Shown here one piece after another: positions 9,328 to 17,966 of a stretch of 64,000 bases of DNA. A model generated the notes under the pieces. It searched no databases and was not told where the DNA came from. It worked only from the letters and a program-made list of their open reading frames with translations. Origin of the DNA: Patescibacteria group bacterium (GTDB lineage: Bacteria > Patescibacteriota > Patescibacteriia > UBA9934 > GWF2-40-263); contig JBAZTR010000003.1 of assembly GCA_041661745.1 (NCBI GenBank), positions 11,965-75,964 of the forward strand, written 5' to 3'. A program made the translations under genes and the position numbers. How positions within the stretch are numbered: position 1 is the stretch's first letter; each line of letters starts with the position of its first letter.

Positions 9328-9718
9328 TTATTTCGGTCCCAATTTTTTTGATGAATCTAAACAGCAAGAAATCCGTCTGTGTCCTCAGGTCTTCAAGATA
9401 TTCATATTCAGTATCGTTTAGGTACCCTAAGTCTTTCGAAAGTTTCAAGAAAAACTGACATTCCCACAAAGACCCTTTGGCTATATTAAGAAAACGTAAA
9501 AAATCTTTATCCGACGGCTTGGCACGACCCTCAACAATATTGGCTGAAACAGATACCGCGGCTCGGCGTAATTGACTTACAATTCCGTATTTCTCTTCGT
9601 TTGGAAAAAACTTGGTCAGTCTATAAACTTCGATGACAAATTCATAACTCTTTTGCCAAGCCAAAATATTTTGATATGGCTTATTTGTAATAATTCCATC
9701 CATAAGCCTCTCAGGCAT
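9317..9718 (-). CDS. Four-helix-bundle protein of the 23S rRNA intervening-sequence (IVS) protein family (Avd-like fold)
   Basis: Family signature KYGIVSQLRRAAVSVSANIVEG. Both termini (MPERLM.. and ..RPF) are encoded by the flanking repeat units. An alternative start is the second Met at 9703. Confidence 0.75.
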   Translation of the reverse strand: MPERLMDGIITNKPYQNILAWQKSYEFVIEVYRLTKFFPNEEKYGIVSQLRRAAVSVSANIVEGRAKPSDKDFLRFLNIAKGSLWECQFFLKLSKDLGYLNDTEYEYLEDLRTQTDFLLFRFIKKIGTEIRPF

Positions 9719-9746
9719 TTCAGGCCTTTCCAGCCTTTCAAGCCCT
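9704..9746. repeat. Tandem about 9-bp repeat array (TCAGGCATT TCAGGCCTT TCCAGCCTT TCAAGCCCT), right arm and inverted copy of 9288-9327
   Basis: Pyrimidine-rich units on the plus strand, i.e. the reverse complement of the left array. Confidence 0.7.
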
Positions 9747-10074
9747 ACAACTTAATCTGCTTGGCATACCTACCCAAAACCGGAATCTCCCATTCCTCAC
9801 CATTAAGAGCATGAACAATTCCAAGAATAACCAACACCAACAAAATTATCGAGCCCAACATCCAAACCAACTGACCAAGAATCGGCACAATGTTGCAAAC
9901 CCAAAGCACCAACCAAGCAATAAAAAGGACTAATCCCTGTTTACCGTGAAATTGGCAATAAGCACTGTCTTTTTTGGCCAATAATGGGACAAGGCAAAGC
10001 AGCCCCAGATACCCAACAGCGGCAACCAATTTGTTTTCATCAATATCCTTAGTGTTACGTGGTGTTTTTTCCAT
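9745..10074 (-). CDS. Small integral membrane protein (DUF4870-like)
   Basis: 109 aa with two hydrophobic segments; GYLGLLCLVPLL...KDSAYCQFHGKQGLVLFIAW pattern. Confidence 0.45.
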   Translation of the reverse strand: MEKTPRNTKDIDENKLVAAVGYLGLLCLVPLLAKKDSAYCQFHGKQGLVLFIAWLVLWVCNIVPILGQLVWMLGSIILLVLVILGIVHALNGEEWEIPVLGRYAKQIKL

Positions 10075-10092
10075 AATAATTTCAATTAATTT

Positions 10093-10742
10093 TTACTGCT
10101 TAATTCTAACAAATTGACGAAGATTTTCAAGAGCTAAATTCGCCGTCTCCTTACCGCTGACATGAATGGCTCGGCCACCCAGGCCAGCGAAAAAATTACA
10201 CGTGTTCAAAGAATCATCAATTAAAAAAGAGTCATGAATCGGCACACCAAACTCGCGCAAAGCTGCCAAAAAAGACTCCCCGTCTTTTTCTGTTTTCAAA
10301 TATCCCAAGTCGGAAGAAACAACGATTTTATCAAAAACTTCGTCGAGTTTTAATGCCGGTACGGTAAAACGAGTGAAACAATCCATATTCCCGGTAACCA
10401 AAACAACATAAGCCGAGGAACGAAGTTTATAAATAGCTTCTCTCAAGGCGTTATCTAAGACCATAGTACAACCAAGGCGTTATCTAAGACCATAGTACAA
10501 CAGGTCGCGGTAAAATCTTGCCACAACAGGTCGTATGGCAAACCGGTCCATTCGGCAACCAAACTATTTATCTCCTCTGAAGAATATTGCCCGCGCATCC
10601 AGTCGTCATGCAAGGCTGGTCCATCACCAAAAATTTTTTCGTGGGCAACTTTCATTTCATCCTGGTCACGCAGACGACGCCAAAATTTATCACAACAAAG
10701 GGTACCGGACCAGTCGACAAAAATGACGAATTTCTTATCCAT
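10093..10742 (-). pseudogene. HAD-superfamily hydrolase gene disrupted by a 29-bp tandem duplication (split into ORFs 10455-10742 and 10093-10464)
   Basis: The N-terminal ORF has FVDWSGTL (HAD motif I-like) and ends ..CCTMVLDNALVVLWS*. The C-terminal ORF restarts MVLDNALREAIYKL... The peptide MVLDNAL is encoded twice by the duplicated 29-mer. Confidence 0.65.
10444..10501. repeat. Exact 29-bp direct tandem duplication CAAGGCGTTATCTAAGACCATAGTACAAC x2
   Basis: Copy 1 is 10444-10472 and copy 2 is 10473-10501. 29 is not a multiple of 3, so it frameshifts the HAD gene. Confidence 0.9.
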
Positions 10743-10765
10743 AACTTTGTTAAATTACCATAATT

Positions 10766-10781
10766 AAAACCAGCCGTCGAA
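10766..10781. repeat. 16-bp direct repeat AAAACCAGCCGTCGAA (left boundary of high-GC island 1)
   Basis: Identical copy at 11483-11498. Confidence 0.8.
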
Positions 10782-10884
10782 GGTTATTAAATACCAATGA
10801 ATATTGACCGCCTGGTCGAAACCTGCTAAATTAAACGGCCGACTGAAACACGATTGCCGCCCAGTTAGGCGGATTGGAGGAATT

Positions 10885-11430
10885 ATGGTCGGACGCAAAC
10901 ATTCCAAGACCGAGCTCGCCATCCTCGCCGGGATGCTGGTCTGCATCATCATCGGCGTGACCACCGCAGTGTGGTCTGGTGAGAAGTCCGCGCCGACTGT
11001 CCAGGATTTCCCGCCCGTCGGCAAGTACGGCATGCTCCTCTGTGTGCCGCAGGGCGGCAAGGAGGGCGATACCCTCGAGATCTACCTTGCCAACTCCACC
11101 CTGATGAACTGCCAGCCCACCCAGCCGAGCCGCATACTCGTTCTCCGGCCCGAGGGAGACAAGGGGATGTGCGGCAGGGTCGACGCCTGCCTCAACCCCG
11201 GCACTGCCACCGAGATCAAGGTGATGGGGCCGCCGCCGTTCGGACAGGTTGATCTCTGGTCGTACTGGGCGAAGACCCGGGACGGCTCGGGGTCCGAAGT
11301 GCGAGGCGAGGGACGGATCATCCTCAAGGCCGAGAACGACTTCAGCGCCGTGGTGCTGGTCGTGTCCCGGCTCGCGACCTATGGGCTCATGATAGAACGG
11401 CCCGATTCCGTGGGGCCGCTCGCCAAGTGA
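10885..11430 (+). CDS. Hypothetical membrane-anchored protein encoded in a high-GC island
   Basis: GGAGG 6 nt before ATG 10885. 181 aa with N-terminal TM helix (LAILAGMLVCIIIGVTTAVW). GC3-rich codons. Own terminator follows. The antisense ORFs are compositional artefacts. Confidence 0.5.
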   Translation: MVGRKHSKTELAILAGMLVCIIIGVTTAVWSGEKSAPTVQDFPPVGKYGMLLCVPQGGKEGDTLEIYLANSTLMNCQPTQPSRILVLRPEGDKGMCGRVDACLNPGTATEIKVMGPPPFGQVDLWSYWAKTRDGSGSEVRGEGRIILKAENDFSAVVLVVSRLATYGLMIERPDSVGPLAK

Positions 11431-11440
11431 GCGCGGCTTC

Positions 11441-11474
11441 CTCATGTCCTGTTCGTGGAAACGACAGGACTTTT
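11441..11474 (+). terminator. Intrinsic terminator after the island-1 ORF (GTCCTGTTCG tggaaa CGACAGGAC TTTTTTATTT)
   Basis: Hairpin followed by a T-run. Confidence 0.5.
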
Positions 11475-11475
11475 T

Positions 11476-11500
11476 TATTTCAAAAACCAGCCGTCGAAAC
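11476..11500 (-). terminator. groEL intrinsic terminator (CCAGCCGT cgaa ACGGCTGG, with a U-run on the minus strand)
   Basis: On the minus strand it reads CCAGCCGUUUCGACGGCUGGUUUUUG. It contains the right copy of the 16-bp island repeat (11483-11498). Confidence 0.55.
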
Positions 11501-11516
11501 GGCTGGCTAAAAACCT

Positions 11517-11548
11517 ACAAGCTACTTCCTACCTCCTACAAGCTAGTA
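11517..11548. repeat. 7-nt-periodic CTAC repeat (CTACAAG CTACTTC CTACCTC CTACAAG CTAG) in the groEL 3' UTR
   Basis: Related copies at 17803-17835 (inverted) and 17884-17908. Overlaps the groEL stop codon. Confidence 0.6.
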
Positions 11549-13162
11549 CATCATCCCTGCCCCACCACCATGCTCGTGTTCCGGTTCTTCTTTTTTCGGC
11601 AAATCGGTCACCGCTGCCTCAGTGGTCAAAACCATAACCGCAATGGAGGCGGCATTTTGTAACGCTGAACGAGTTACTTTAGCCGGATCAATAATGCCAG
11701 CCATCAGCATGTCTTCATAAACATCAGTCTCGGCGTTGTAGCCAAAACCGGCTTCGCCTGATTTAACTTTATCAACCACCACTGATCCATCTTTACCGGC
11801 ATTGGCGGCAATCATACGAATCGGTTCCTCCAAAGCGCGACGAAGGATATCAAGACCAATGCGTTCTTCGCCAATAGTAATAACTGTGTCGAGAACTTTT
11901 AAGACACGCAAATAGGCCACACCACCGCCCGGGACAATTCCCTCTTCCACTGCAGCTTTGGTGGCCGCCACGGCGTCTTCAATACGATGTTTCTTTTCTT
12001 TCATTTCGGTTTCCGTGGCCGCACCAACTTTGATAACTGCCACACCGCCGGCCAATTTGGCAATACGCTCTTGAATTTTTTCTTTTTCAAAATCAGATTC
12101 CGTTGTCTCTAATTGCTTTTTAAGACTCAGAACGCGTGCTTCAACAACATCTTTGGCTCCGGCTCCGTCAACAATAATAGTATGGTCCTTATCGGCCACA
12201 ACTTTTCGTGCTCGACCAAGATCAGCGAGCTCAATAGCATCAAGTTTCAAACCAACTTCGTCGGAAATAACTCGCCCGCCAGTGACAATAGCCAAATCTT
12301 CCAACATGGCTTTGCGACGATCACCAAAACCCGGGGCTTTAACTGCCAAAATATTATAAACGCCACGAAGTTTGTTGTAGACAAGAGTCGTTAATGCTTC
12401 GCCGTCAACATCCTCGGCAATAATCACCAGCTCCTTACGACCGGTTTGCGCCACTTTTTCTAGAAGCGGAAGCAAATCTTGAATCGAACTAATTTTTTTA
12501 TCAGTGATTAAAAGCAAAGCATCGTTATATTCGGATTCCATGCGATCGGGATTGGTAATCAAATAGGGCGAAACATAACCTCGATCAAATTGCATTCCTT
12601 CAACCACCTCAACCTCAACACCAAACGACTGCGATTCTTCAACCGTAATCACCCCGTTCTCGCCAACCTTGGCCATAGCCTCGGCAATCTTGCAGCCGAT
12701 CTCTTTATCATTGGCCGAAATGGAAGCGACCTGCTCAATCTCCGCGCCTTTAATTGGGGTGGCGATTTTTTTAATCTCACTGACAATCGCTTCAACCCCT
12801 TTTTCAATCCCGCGACGTAAAAGTTGCGGATTGGTACCGGCCGTAACATTGCGAATACCTTCGGCGATAAGGGCTTGAGCTAAAACTGTGGCCGTAGTTG
12901 TACCATCACCGGCCACATCATTGGTTTTGGAAGCAACTTCTTTTACTAATTCTGCGCCAAGATTTTCAAACTTGTCTTCAAGTTCAATTTCTTTGGCCAC
13001 GGTTACGCCATCTTTGGTCACGGTCGGTGCGCCATAGCCTTTATCCAAAATAACATTACGACCGCGTGGCCCCAAAGTAACTTTCACAGCATTGGCCACT
13101 TGGTCAACGCCTTTTTTTAATTTGTGACGAACCTCTTCGTTGAAAAGTAATTGCTTAGCCAT
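11543..13162 (-). CDS. groL: Chaperonin GroEL (60 kDa)
   Basis: [37 protein letters not shown]...; [24 protein letters not shown]; C-terminal GGGAGMMY tail. Confidence 0.95.
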   Translation of the reverse strand: MAKQLLFNEEVRHKLKKGVDQVANAVKVTLGPRGRNVILDKGYGAPTVTKDGVTVAKEIELEDKFENLGAELVKEVASKTNDVAGDGTTTATVLAQALIAEGIRNVTAGTNPQLLRRGIEKGVEAIVSEIKKIATPIKGAEIEQVASISANDKEIGCKIAEAMAKVGENGVITVEESQSFGVEVEVVEGMQFDRGYVSPYLITNPDRMESEYNDALLLITDKKISSIQDLLPLLEKVAQTGRKELVIIAEDVDGEALTTLVYNKLRGVYNILAVKAPGFGDRRKAMLEDLAIVTGGRVISDEVGLKLDAIELADLGRARKVVADKDHTIIVDGAGAKDVVEARVLSLKKQLETTESDFEKEKIQERIAKLAGGVAVIKVGAATETEMKEKKHRIEDAVAATKAAVEEGIVPGGGVAYLRVLKVLDTVITIGEERIGLDILRRALEEPIRMIAANAGKDGSVVVDKVKSGEAGFGYNAETDVYEDMLMAGIIDPAKVTRSALQNAASIAVMVLTTEAAVTDLPKKEEPEHEHGGGAGMMY

Positions 13163-13163
13163 A

Positions 13164-13454
13164 TTATTCAATAATCGCGATTACCTCGCTTAAATTAATT
13201 ACCAAAAAAGTTTGCCCGTCGATTTTAATTTCCTCGGGCGAATACTTTTTAAAAACAACTTTCTGGCCAGCCGAGACTTCCATTGGCGCGCGTGAACCAT
13301 TATCAAGAATCCGGCCTGGACCAACAGCAATAACTTCGCCGCGCTCCGGACGATCTTTGTCAACGGTATCCGGCAAAACAATACCGGCTTTGGTTATTTC
13401 CTCATTGGAAAGTGGCTTCACAATAATGTGATCGCCAAGTGGTTTTAAGGTCAT
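13164..13454 (-). CDS. groS: Co-chaperonin GroES (10 kDa)
   Basis: [15 protein letters not shown]...AGIVLPDT...[10 protein letters not shown]. The start is taken at the internal Met of the ORF-track ORF. The stop abuts the groEL ATG. Confidence 0.9.
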   Translation of the reverse strand: MTLKPLGDHIIVKPLSNEEITKAGIVLPDTVDKDRPERGEVIAVGPGRILDNGSRAPMEVSAGQKVVFKKYSPEEIKIDGQTFLVINLSEVIAIIE

Positions 13455-13466
13455 AAAAAATAAAAG

Positions 13467-13491
13467 ATAATAACCATCTAAGGTTATTATC
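13467..13491. promoter_or_regulatory. Perfect 10-bp inverted repeat GATAATAACC atcta GGTTATTATC, 13-37 nt upstream of the groES start (candidate heat-shock operator; not a CIRCE consensus)
   Basis: Seen directly in the sequence. The position relative to groES suggests regulation. Confidence 0.3.
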
Positions 13492-13513
13492 TTGTCGTTT
13501 TTTGATAATTTTG

Positions 13514-14788
13514 TCAACTATTAATTTGCTGGTTAGTGGGCTTGGAGATAACCACCAAAACCACGGCCACTAGGGCCAAACCAGCCCACTGGCTCCAAAG
13601 ATAATGATCAAAGACACCGAGAACAGCAAGAGAAACAAGGGGACTAAGGGACGGGAGAGACTGAAGAGACTGGCCGGAAAAAAGTACCCACAAAAAATAG
13701 ATTAAAAAAACCAAACCCAATAAACCAGTCTCAGCAAAGAAAAGAAGGTAGGAATTGTGCATTGGTTGATACGACCAGACCGGTTGGCCGGGATAAAGTT
13801 TTTCTAAAGCTAGAGTGTAGGCACCTGGACCAACACCGACAAACGGATTTGTTTTTATTACTTCGCCGATCATGTGATACTCACTCTGCCGTTCCGTTAA
13901 CGATTGTTCTTCCAAACGATCGGCCGCGGCCACGCGAGTAAAAACCGCGTCGGAAAATAGGGCAAGCGGAGCGGCCGCGGCCAAAATGACAATAATCAAA
14001 CCAAGTAAAAATTTTTGCGGTATTTTTTTTCTGGAAATAACACTGCTGACAAAAAAGAAAATTATTCCGACAATCAAAGCCAACCAGGCCGAACGGGAAA
14101 ATGTCACTACCAAAGTTGATGACAATAAAACCAGGATCGCCACAAGAGCTGGCCGCTTTGAAAATCGTAACAAAATCATCATCACGACCACGGCCAAATA
14201 TCCACCAAAAATATTCGGGTGGGCGAAAGTGCCATAGGCCCGCATCAAACGCTCGCCAATTACTTCAACCACCGAGGTGCCGGGCGTTGCCGCCAAATGT
14301 TCGGCTAAACCGAACAGGGTCGAAGCCGGACTGACACCAACAAAAACTTGCCACCAACCAATAAGACTCGGCACAATCAGCCCAAGCGAAAAAAACCAAA
14401 TAATTTTTCTAGTCTCGATTCGTTCATCAAGCAAAAGCCAAAACAAAAGCAGGGCGGAAAAAAGATGAAAAAGAAAAGCCCCGGACAAATAAAAATTTAT
14501 TGATAAAAAAGAAACAAAAACCGTGGCCGCAAAAAACAACCAAAGGGTGGCCATTATTTTTTTAGTCGTCTCGTTCTTCTTCGCTTCCCATCTCAACAAA
14601 ACAGCAACAACAATTAAGGCTTGAACAGCATAATGGGTCATCTTACCGTACTCCCACCCTTCCCCGCCGAAGGTTCCGAGCCCGGTCGAGGAGTTAAGGG
14701 TCAGTGAATTATAAATCCACACTGTCTGCCACGGCAGAAGAAACAAACAAAGATAGGTTAAAAAATTAGCTAGCTCCGTACGCTTCAT
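13514..14788 (-). CDS. O-antigen ligase/polymerase family (Wzy_C-like) polytopic membrane protein
   Basis: At least 10 TM segments; FSRSAWLALIVG motif typical of the O-antigen ligase domain. Confidence 0.7.
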   Translation of the reverse strand: MKRTELANFLTYLCLFLLPWQTVWIYNSLTLNSSTGLGTFGGEGWEYGKMTHYAVQALIVVAVLLRWEAKKNETTKKIMATLWLFFAATVFVSFLSINFYLSGAFLFHLFSALLLFWLLLDERIETRKIIWFFSLGLIVPSLIGWWQVFVGVSPASTLFGLAEHLAATPGTSVVEVIGERLMRAYGTFAHPNIFGGYLAVVVMMILLRFSKRPALVAILVLLSSTLVVTFSRSAWLALIVGIIFFFVSSVISRKKIPQKFLLGLIIVILAAAAPLALFSDAVFTRVAAADRLEEQSLTERQSEYHMIGEVIKTNPFVGVGPGAYTLALEKLYPGQPVWSYQPMHNSYLLFFAETGLLGLVFLIYFLWVLFSGQSLQSLPSLSPLVSLAVLGVFDHYLWSQWAGLALVAVVLVVISKPTNQQINS

Positions 14789-15719
14789 AAATTTTTTTCC
14801 ATTCGTCGCGAAAATGGGCGCGACGGTCGTTTAGATGAAATTTAAGAACACTGTCAGAAACAACAACTCGCGAATCTAGATTAGCCGCGTTTTTTATTGG
14901 TTCGGGGAGAAACTTTTGCTGAAAACGTTTGGCTAGGGTTTCGAGAAAATCCCCCACCCCTTTTCGCCACGTCTGGTGGGGCGACCTTCCCCTCCCCCGG
15001 GGTTGGGAGGGGACCAGAAATGCATTTGGTAAAAAATTAAAAGCCCAGTTATTTTTTTCGTTAAGACGGTTTTGAATTTCATCGCGATCAAAAACCGGAA
15101 CAAGCGAAGCTAGCCAATAAGCCATGTACGGATCCCCTTCGGACAAAAGAAGATCTTTTAAAGATAAATTTTCGTCAGTAACAAAAAAGGAAAAACAGAA
15201 CGGATCAACGGTTGTTTGCTTCGGTCGACGGCCGAGCAGACGGAATGGTGTCACCAGCAAAAGCCGGGTTAGCCAAATTGTCCCTGGCGAAACAACAATA
15301 AACAAATCAATATCACTTTCCGGTGCCGTGTGATGCCAGGCTAAAGTATTGCAAGCAAAAACCGCCCGGACAAAAGGGAAAAAAGAAAAATATTTAGCCG
15401 CCCACCCAAGTTTTTTAAACTTGCGGGCCGCATCCAAAAAACGTTCCTGATGAGTGGCAATAATACCTTCAGCTGAACGGCCGCCCAAAACGAATAAACC
15501 TTCTTTGGCCTCCAGTCGACCACGAAGCCAAAGGCTGGTTCGCAGAGTTTCCTCAACTTCGGCAAATGAACTTTTTACTCCCAACCACTTCCAGATATCA
15601 AAGGCAGTTAAGGGATAATCAAAAAGCGAAAACCAAGCCACGGTTTTGACGATGCCGGCTTCTAGAACTGATGGTTTGACCTGATCCATACGCAGGTATC
15701 TTATCACGCCCAAAATCAA
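14766..15719 (-). CDS. Hypothetical protein with a nucleotidyltransferase-like DIDLFIVV motif
   Basis: 317 aa. Carries the in-frame GC-rich palindromic insert at 14951-15014, encoding ..SQPRGRGRSPHQTWRKGVGDF.. Confidence 0.45.
   Translation of the reverse strand: MILGVIRYLRMDQVKPSVLEAGIVKTVAWFSLFDYPLTAFDIWKWLGVKSSFAEVEETLRTSLWLRGRLEAKEGLFVLGGRSAEGIIATHQERFLDAARKFKKLGWAAKYFSFFPFVRAVFACNTLAWHHTAPESDIDLFIVVSPGTIWLTRLLLVTPFRLLGRRPKQTTVDPFCFSFFVTDENLSLKDLLLSEGDPYMAYWLASLVPVFDRDEIQNRLNEKNNWAFNFLPNAFLVPSQPRGRGRSPHQTWRKGVGDFLETLAKRFQQKFLPEPIKNAANLDSRVVVSDSVLKFHLNDRRAHFRDEWKKIYEAYGAS
14951..15014. repeat. GC-rich double-hairpin element inside a coding sequence (CCCCACC..GGTGGGG and CCCCTCCC ccggggtt GGGAGGGG)
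   Basis: Far more G+C-rich than the surrounding gene. The reading frame is maintained. Confidence 0.65.
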
Positions 15720-15764
15720 ACCTTGTGGATAACAAAATCGCTCCGTGATGGAGCGATTTTTTGT

Positions 15765-16505
15765 TTATTTTGTTTCGGCAACGGCAACTGTTTCAACCTT
15801 TTTTTTCTTAAAAGCCAAAGCTTGTTGCAGAATGGCAAAGAGGTTCATGATAATCCAGTAAAGAGTGAGACCGCCAGGCAATGTTGCCCCAATAACCACA
15901 GTCATGACCGGCATAAAATACAACATTGATTTGTTCATTTGGGCCATCATGTCTTCGTCCTTGGCCCCGGGATCCTTACGAACAGACAACGGTGGACGCT
16001 TAGCCATTAACATTTTGGTCTGAATGAACTGCAGAATACCGGCCAAGATGGCCATGACAATGTACGGCTCGGCCAAATTGATAAAACCTAAAAAGTTTAA
16101 ATTAATTGATTCTGGCCGCGCGACAAATGAATACAGGTTAACCAAACTATCCATGTTCATGCCGTCGTTTAACACGCGATAAAGTGCCCACAAAATCGGC
16201 AACTGAATCAGCAAAGGCAAACAAGACGACATTGGATTAACCTTTTCTTCTTTATACAAATTCATCATGGCTTTGGCCAAGGCTTCTTTATTGTCCTTAT
16301 ACTCAACCTTTAAAGCTTCAAGTTTTGGCTGAAGATCTTGCAAGGCTTTTTGTGACTTGATTGAGGTCCGTGACAATGGCCATAGTGCCAATCTGACCAA
16401 AAGAGAAATGCCAATAATGGCAAAGCCCAAGTCCTGACCAGGAATGACATTATAAAGCCAAATCAGCAGGTTAAAGAGCGGTTGGTATAAAATTGTATGA
16501 AACAT
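15765..16505 (-). CDS. yidC: Membrane protein insertase YidC/Oxa1 (short form)
   Basis: 246 aa, 5 TM segments; N-terminus MFHTILYQPLFNLLIWLYN typical of short YidC. Confidence 0.85.
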   Translation of the reverse strand: MFHTILYQPLFNLLIWLYNVIPGQDLGFAIIGISLLVRLALWPLSRTSIKSQKALQDLQPKLEALKVEYKDNKEALAKAMMNLYKEEKVNPMSSCLPLLIQLPILWALYRVLNDGMNMDSLVNLYSFVARPESINLNFLGFINLAEPYIVMAILAGILQFIQTKMLMAKRPPLSVRKDPGAKDEDMMAQMNKSMLYFMPVMTVVIGATLPGGLTLYWIIMNLFAILQQALAFKKKKVETVAVAETK

Positions 16506-16514
16506 AAAGGAAAA

Positions 16515-17795
16515 TTATTCCTCGGTTTTCTCTTCGGTTTCTTGTTCTTTTACTTCTTCGATTTTTTCAGTTTTCTCAGTCTCTTCAGTACCATCAGTCC
16601 CCTCAGTCTCTGCCACAGCCACCGCACCATCCTCAGTCACATTAATCTTCCAGCCGGTTAAGCGCGCGGCCAAACGAACATTTTGTCCGCCCTTACCAAT
16701 AGCCAAAGAAAGTTGATCAGCGGCCACTTTAACTAAAGCTAAACGCTCGGCTTCAACCAATTCAACGCTTTTAACTTTAGACGGGGCCAAGGAATGGGAA
16801 ATAAAGGCCACCGGGTCATCGCTCCATTCGATTAAGTCGATCTTTTCACCACCCAGAGCGGCAATAACGGTTTGAATACGAGTGCCACGCTGACCAATAC
16901 AAGCGCCAATCGGATCGAGGTTTGGGTCAATGGCCGCCACCGCGACCTTGGAGCGGGCGCCGGCTTCGCGAGCCACGACTTTAATTTCCACGCCACCTTC
17001 GGCAACCTCAGGAATTTCCGTTGTAAACATGGCCTTAACCAATTCTTCAGAAGTGCGAGAAAGTAAAATTTCCGGACCACGATTGCCAATAGCCACTTGG
17101 CGAACAAAAAACTTTAAACGGTCGCCCGGGGCATATCGTTCGTTTTCGATTTGATCTTCCGGTTTTAAAATTCCAACAGTTCGACCAAGATCGACCAGAA
17201 CAATTCGGCCTTCGCGGCGCTGAACAGTGCCGGACAAAACCTTACCTTCTTGATCCTTAAATTCATTAAAGACAATTTCGCGCTCGGCCTCGCGGAGCTT
17301 TTGCATAACGACCTGTTTGGCAGTCATGGCCGCCATACGTCCAAAATCACCCGGCACTGACAAATCGGTACGAATAATATCACCAACCTTTGAACTAAAC
17401 TTTAAGACCCGAGCTTCAGAAATCATGATATCGGTTTTAGGATTAAACTTTGGACCCTCGTCTTCTTCCCCACCAAACACCATGGACGAAGCGTCCTCAC
17501 CACGCGCCCGCGCTTCTTCGCGCGCCTTAGCCGCGGCTTCAAGTTTAACTTTTCGTTCTTCTTCTTTTTTAGCCAACTCTTCCAAATCAACATCCTCAAC
17601 CACGGTCTTAACATCAAAAACTTCCATGTCGCCGGTGGCCGGATCAAAATTAACTTCAATATTTTGGTTGGTGTCACCGAAGTCTTTACGATAAGCCGCG
17701 GCCAAAGCGCTACGAATGGCGTCAAGAACCGTGTCGTAAGACAACCCTTTTTCCTCGCAAATTTGCCGCATGGCTTGTTCTATTGGACTGGACAT
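16515..17795 (-). CDS. nusA: Transcription termination/antitermination factor NusA
   Basis: N-terminal domain, S1 and two KH regions (GACIGQRGTRIQ), and a Glu/Lys-rich insertion with acidic tail. Confidence 0.9.
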   Translation of the reverse strand: MSSPIEQAMRQICEEKGLSYDTVLDAIRSALAAAYRKDFGDTNQNIEVNFDPATGDMEVFDVKTVVEDVDLEELAKKEEERKVKLEAAAKAREEARARGEDASSMVFGGEEDEGPKFNPKTDIMISEARVLKFSSKVGDIIRTDLSVPGDFGRMAAMTAKQVVMQKLREAEREIVFNEFKDQEGKVLSGTVQRREGRIVLVDLGRTVGILKPEDQIENERYAPGDRLKFFVRQVAIGNRGPEILLSRTSEELVKAMFTTEIPEVAEGGVEIKVVAREAGARSKVAVAAIDPNLDPIGACIGQRGTRIQTVIAALGGEKIDLIEWSDDPVAFISHSLAPSKVKSVELVEAERLALVKVAADQLSLAIGKGGQNVRLAARLTGWKINVTEDGAVAVAETEGTDGTEETEKTEKIEEVKEQETEEKTEE

Positions 17796-17802
17796 AATAT
17801 TT

Positions 17803-17908
17803 AGCTTGTAGCTGGTAGGAGGTAGCTGGTAGGTCAGGATCTATTTTAGAGTCCGCCTACAAGGCCAGCTAAGCTGGCCAAGCTACAAGCTACTTCCTAC
17901 AAGCTGTA
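17803..17908. repeat. Inverted pair of CTAC-periodic repeats (17803-17835 and 17884-17908) forming a long imperfect hairpin in the nusA 5' leader
   Basis: AGCTTGTAG at 17803 is the exact complement of CTACAAGCT at 17889. Same family as 11517-11548. Confidence 0.6.
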
Positions 17909-17966
17909 AATTATTTGCTTAACAAGAGAACCCGTCTTACGACAGGTTCATGATGTCAAGAGCTTA

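Noticed and set aside
10764-11445. Minus-strand ORFs 10831-11445 (204 aa), 10764-11060 and 11082-11327 inside high-GC island 1
   Set aside because: They are antisense to the SD-preceded plus-strand ORF. Their products are Arg/Gly/His-rich and low-complexity, as expected from the wrong strand of GC3-rich DNA. No SD.
13455-13517. Longer groES start (MTKLSKNDKIITLDGYYLLFF...) from the ORF track
   Set aside because: The N-terminal 21 residues have no counterpart in GroES and would overlap the upstream inverted repeat. The conserved [12 protein letters not shown] start at 13454 is used.
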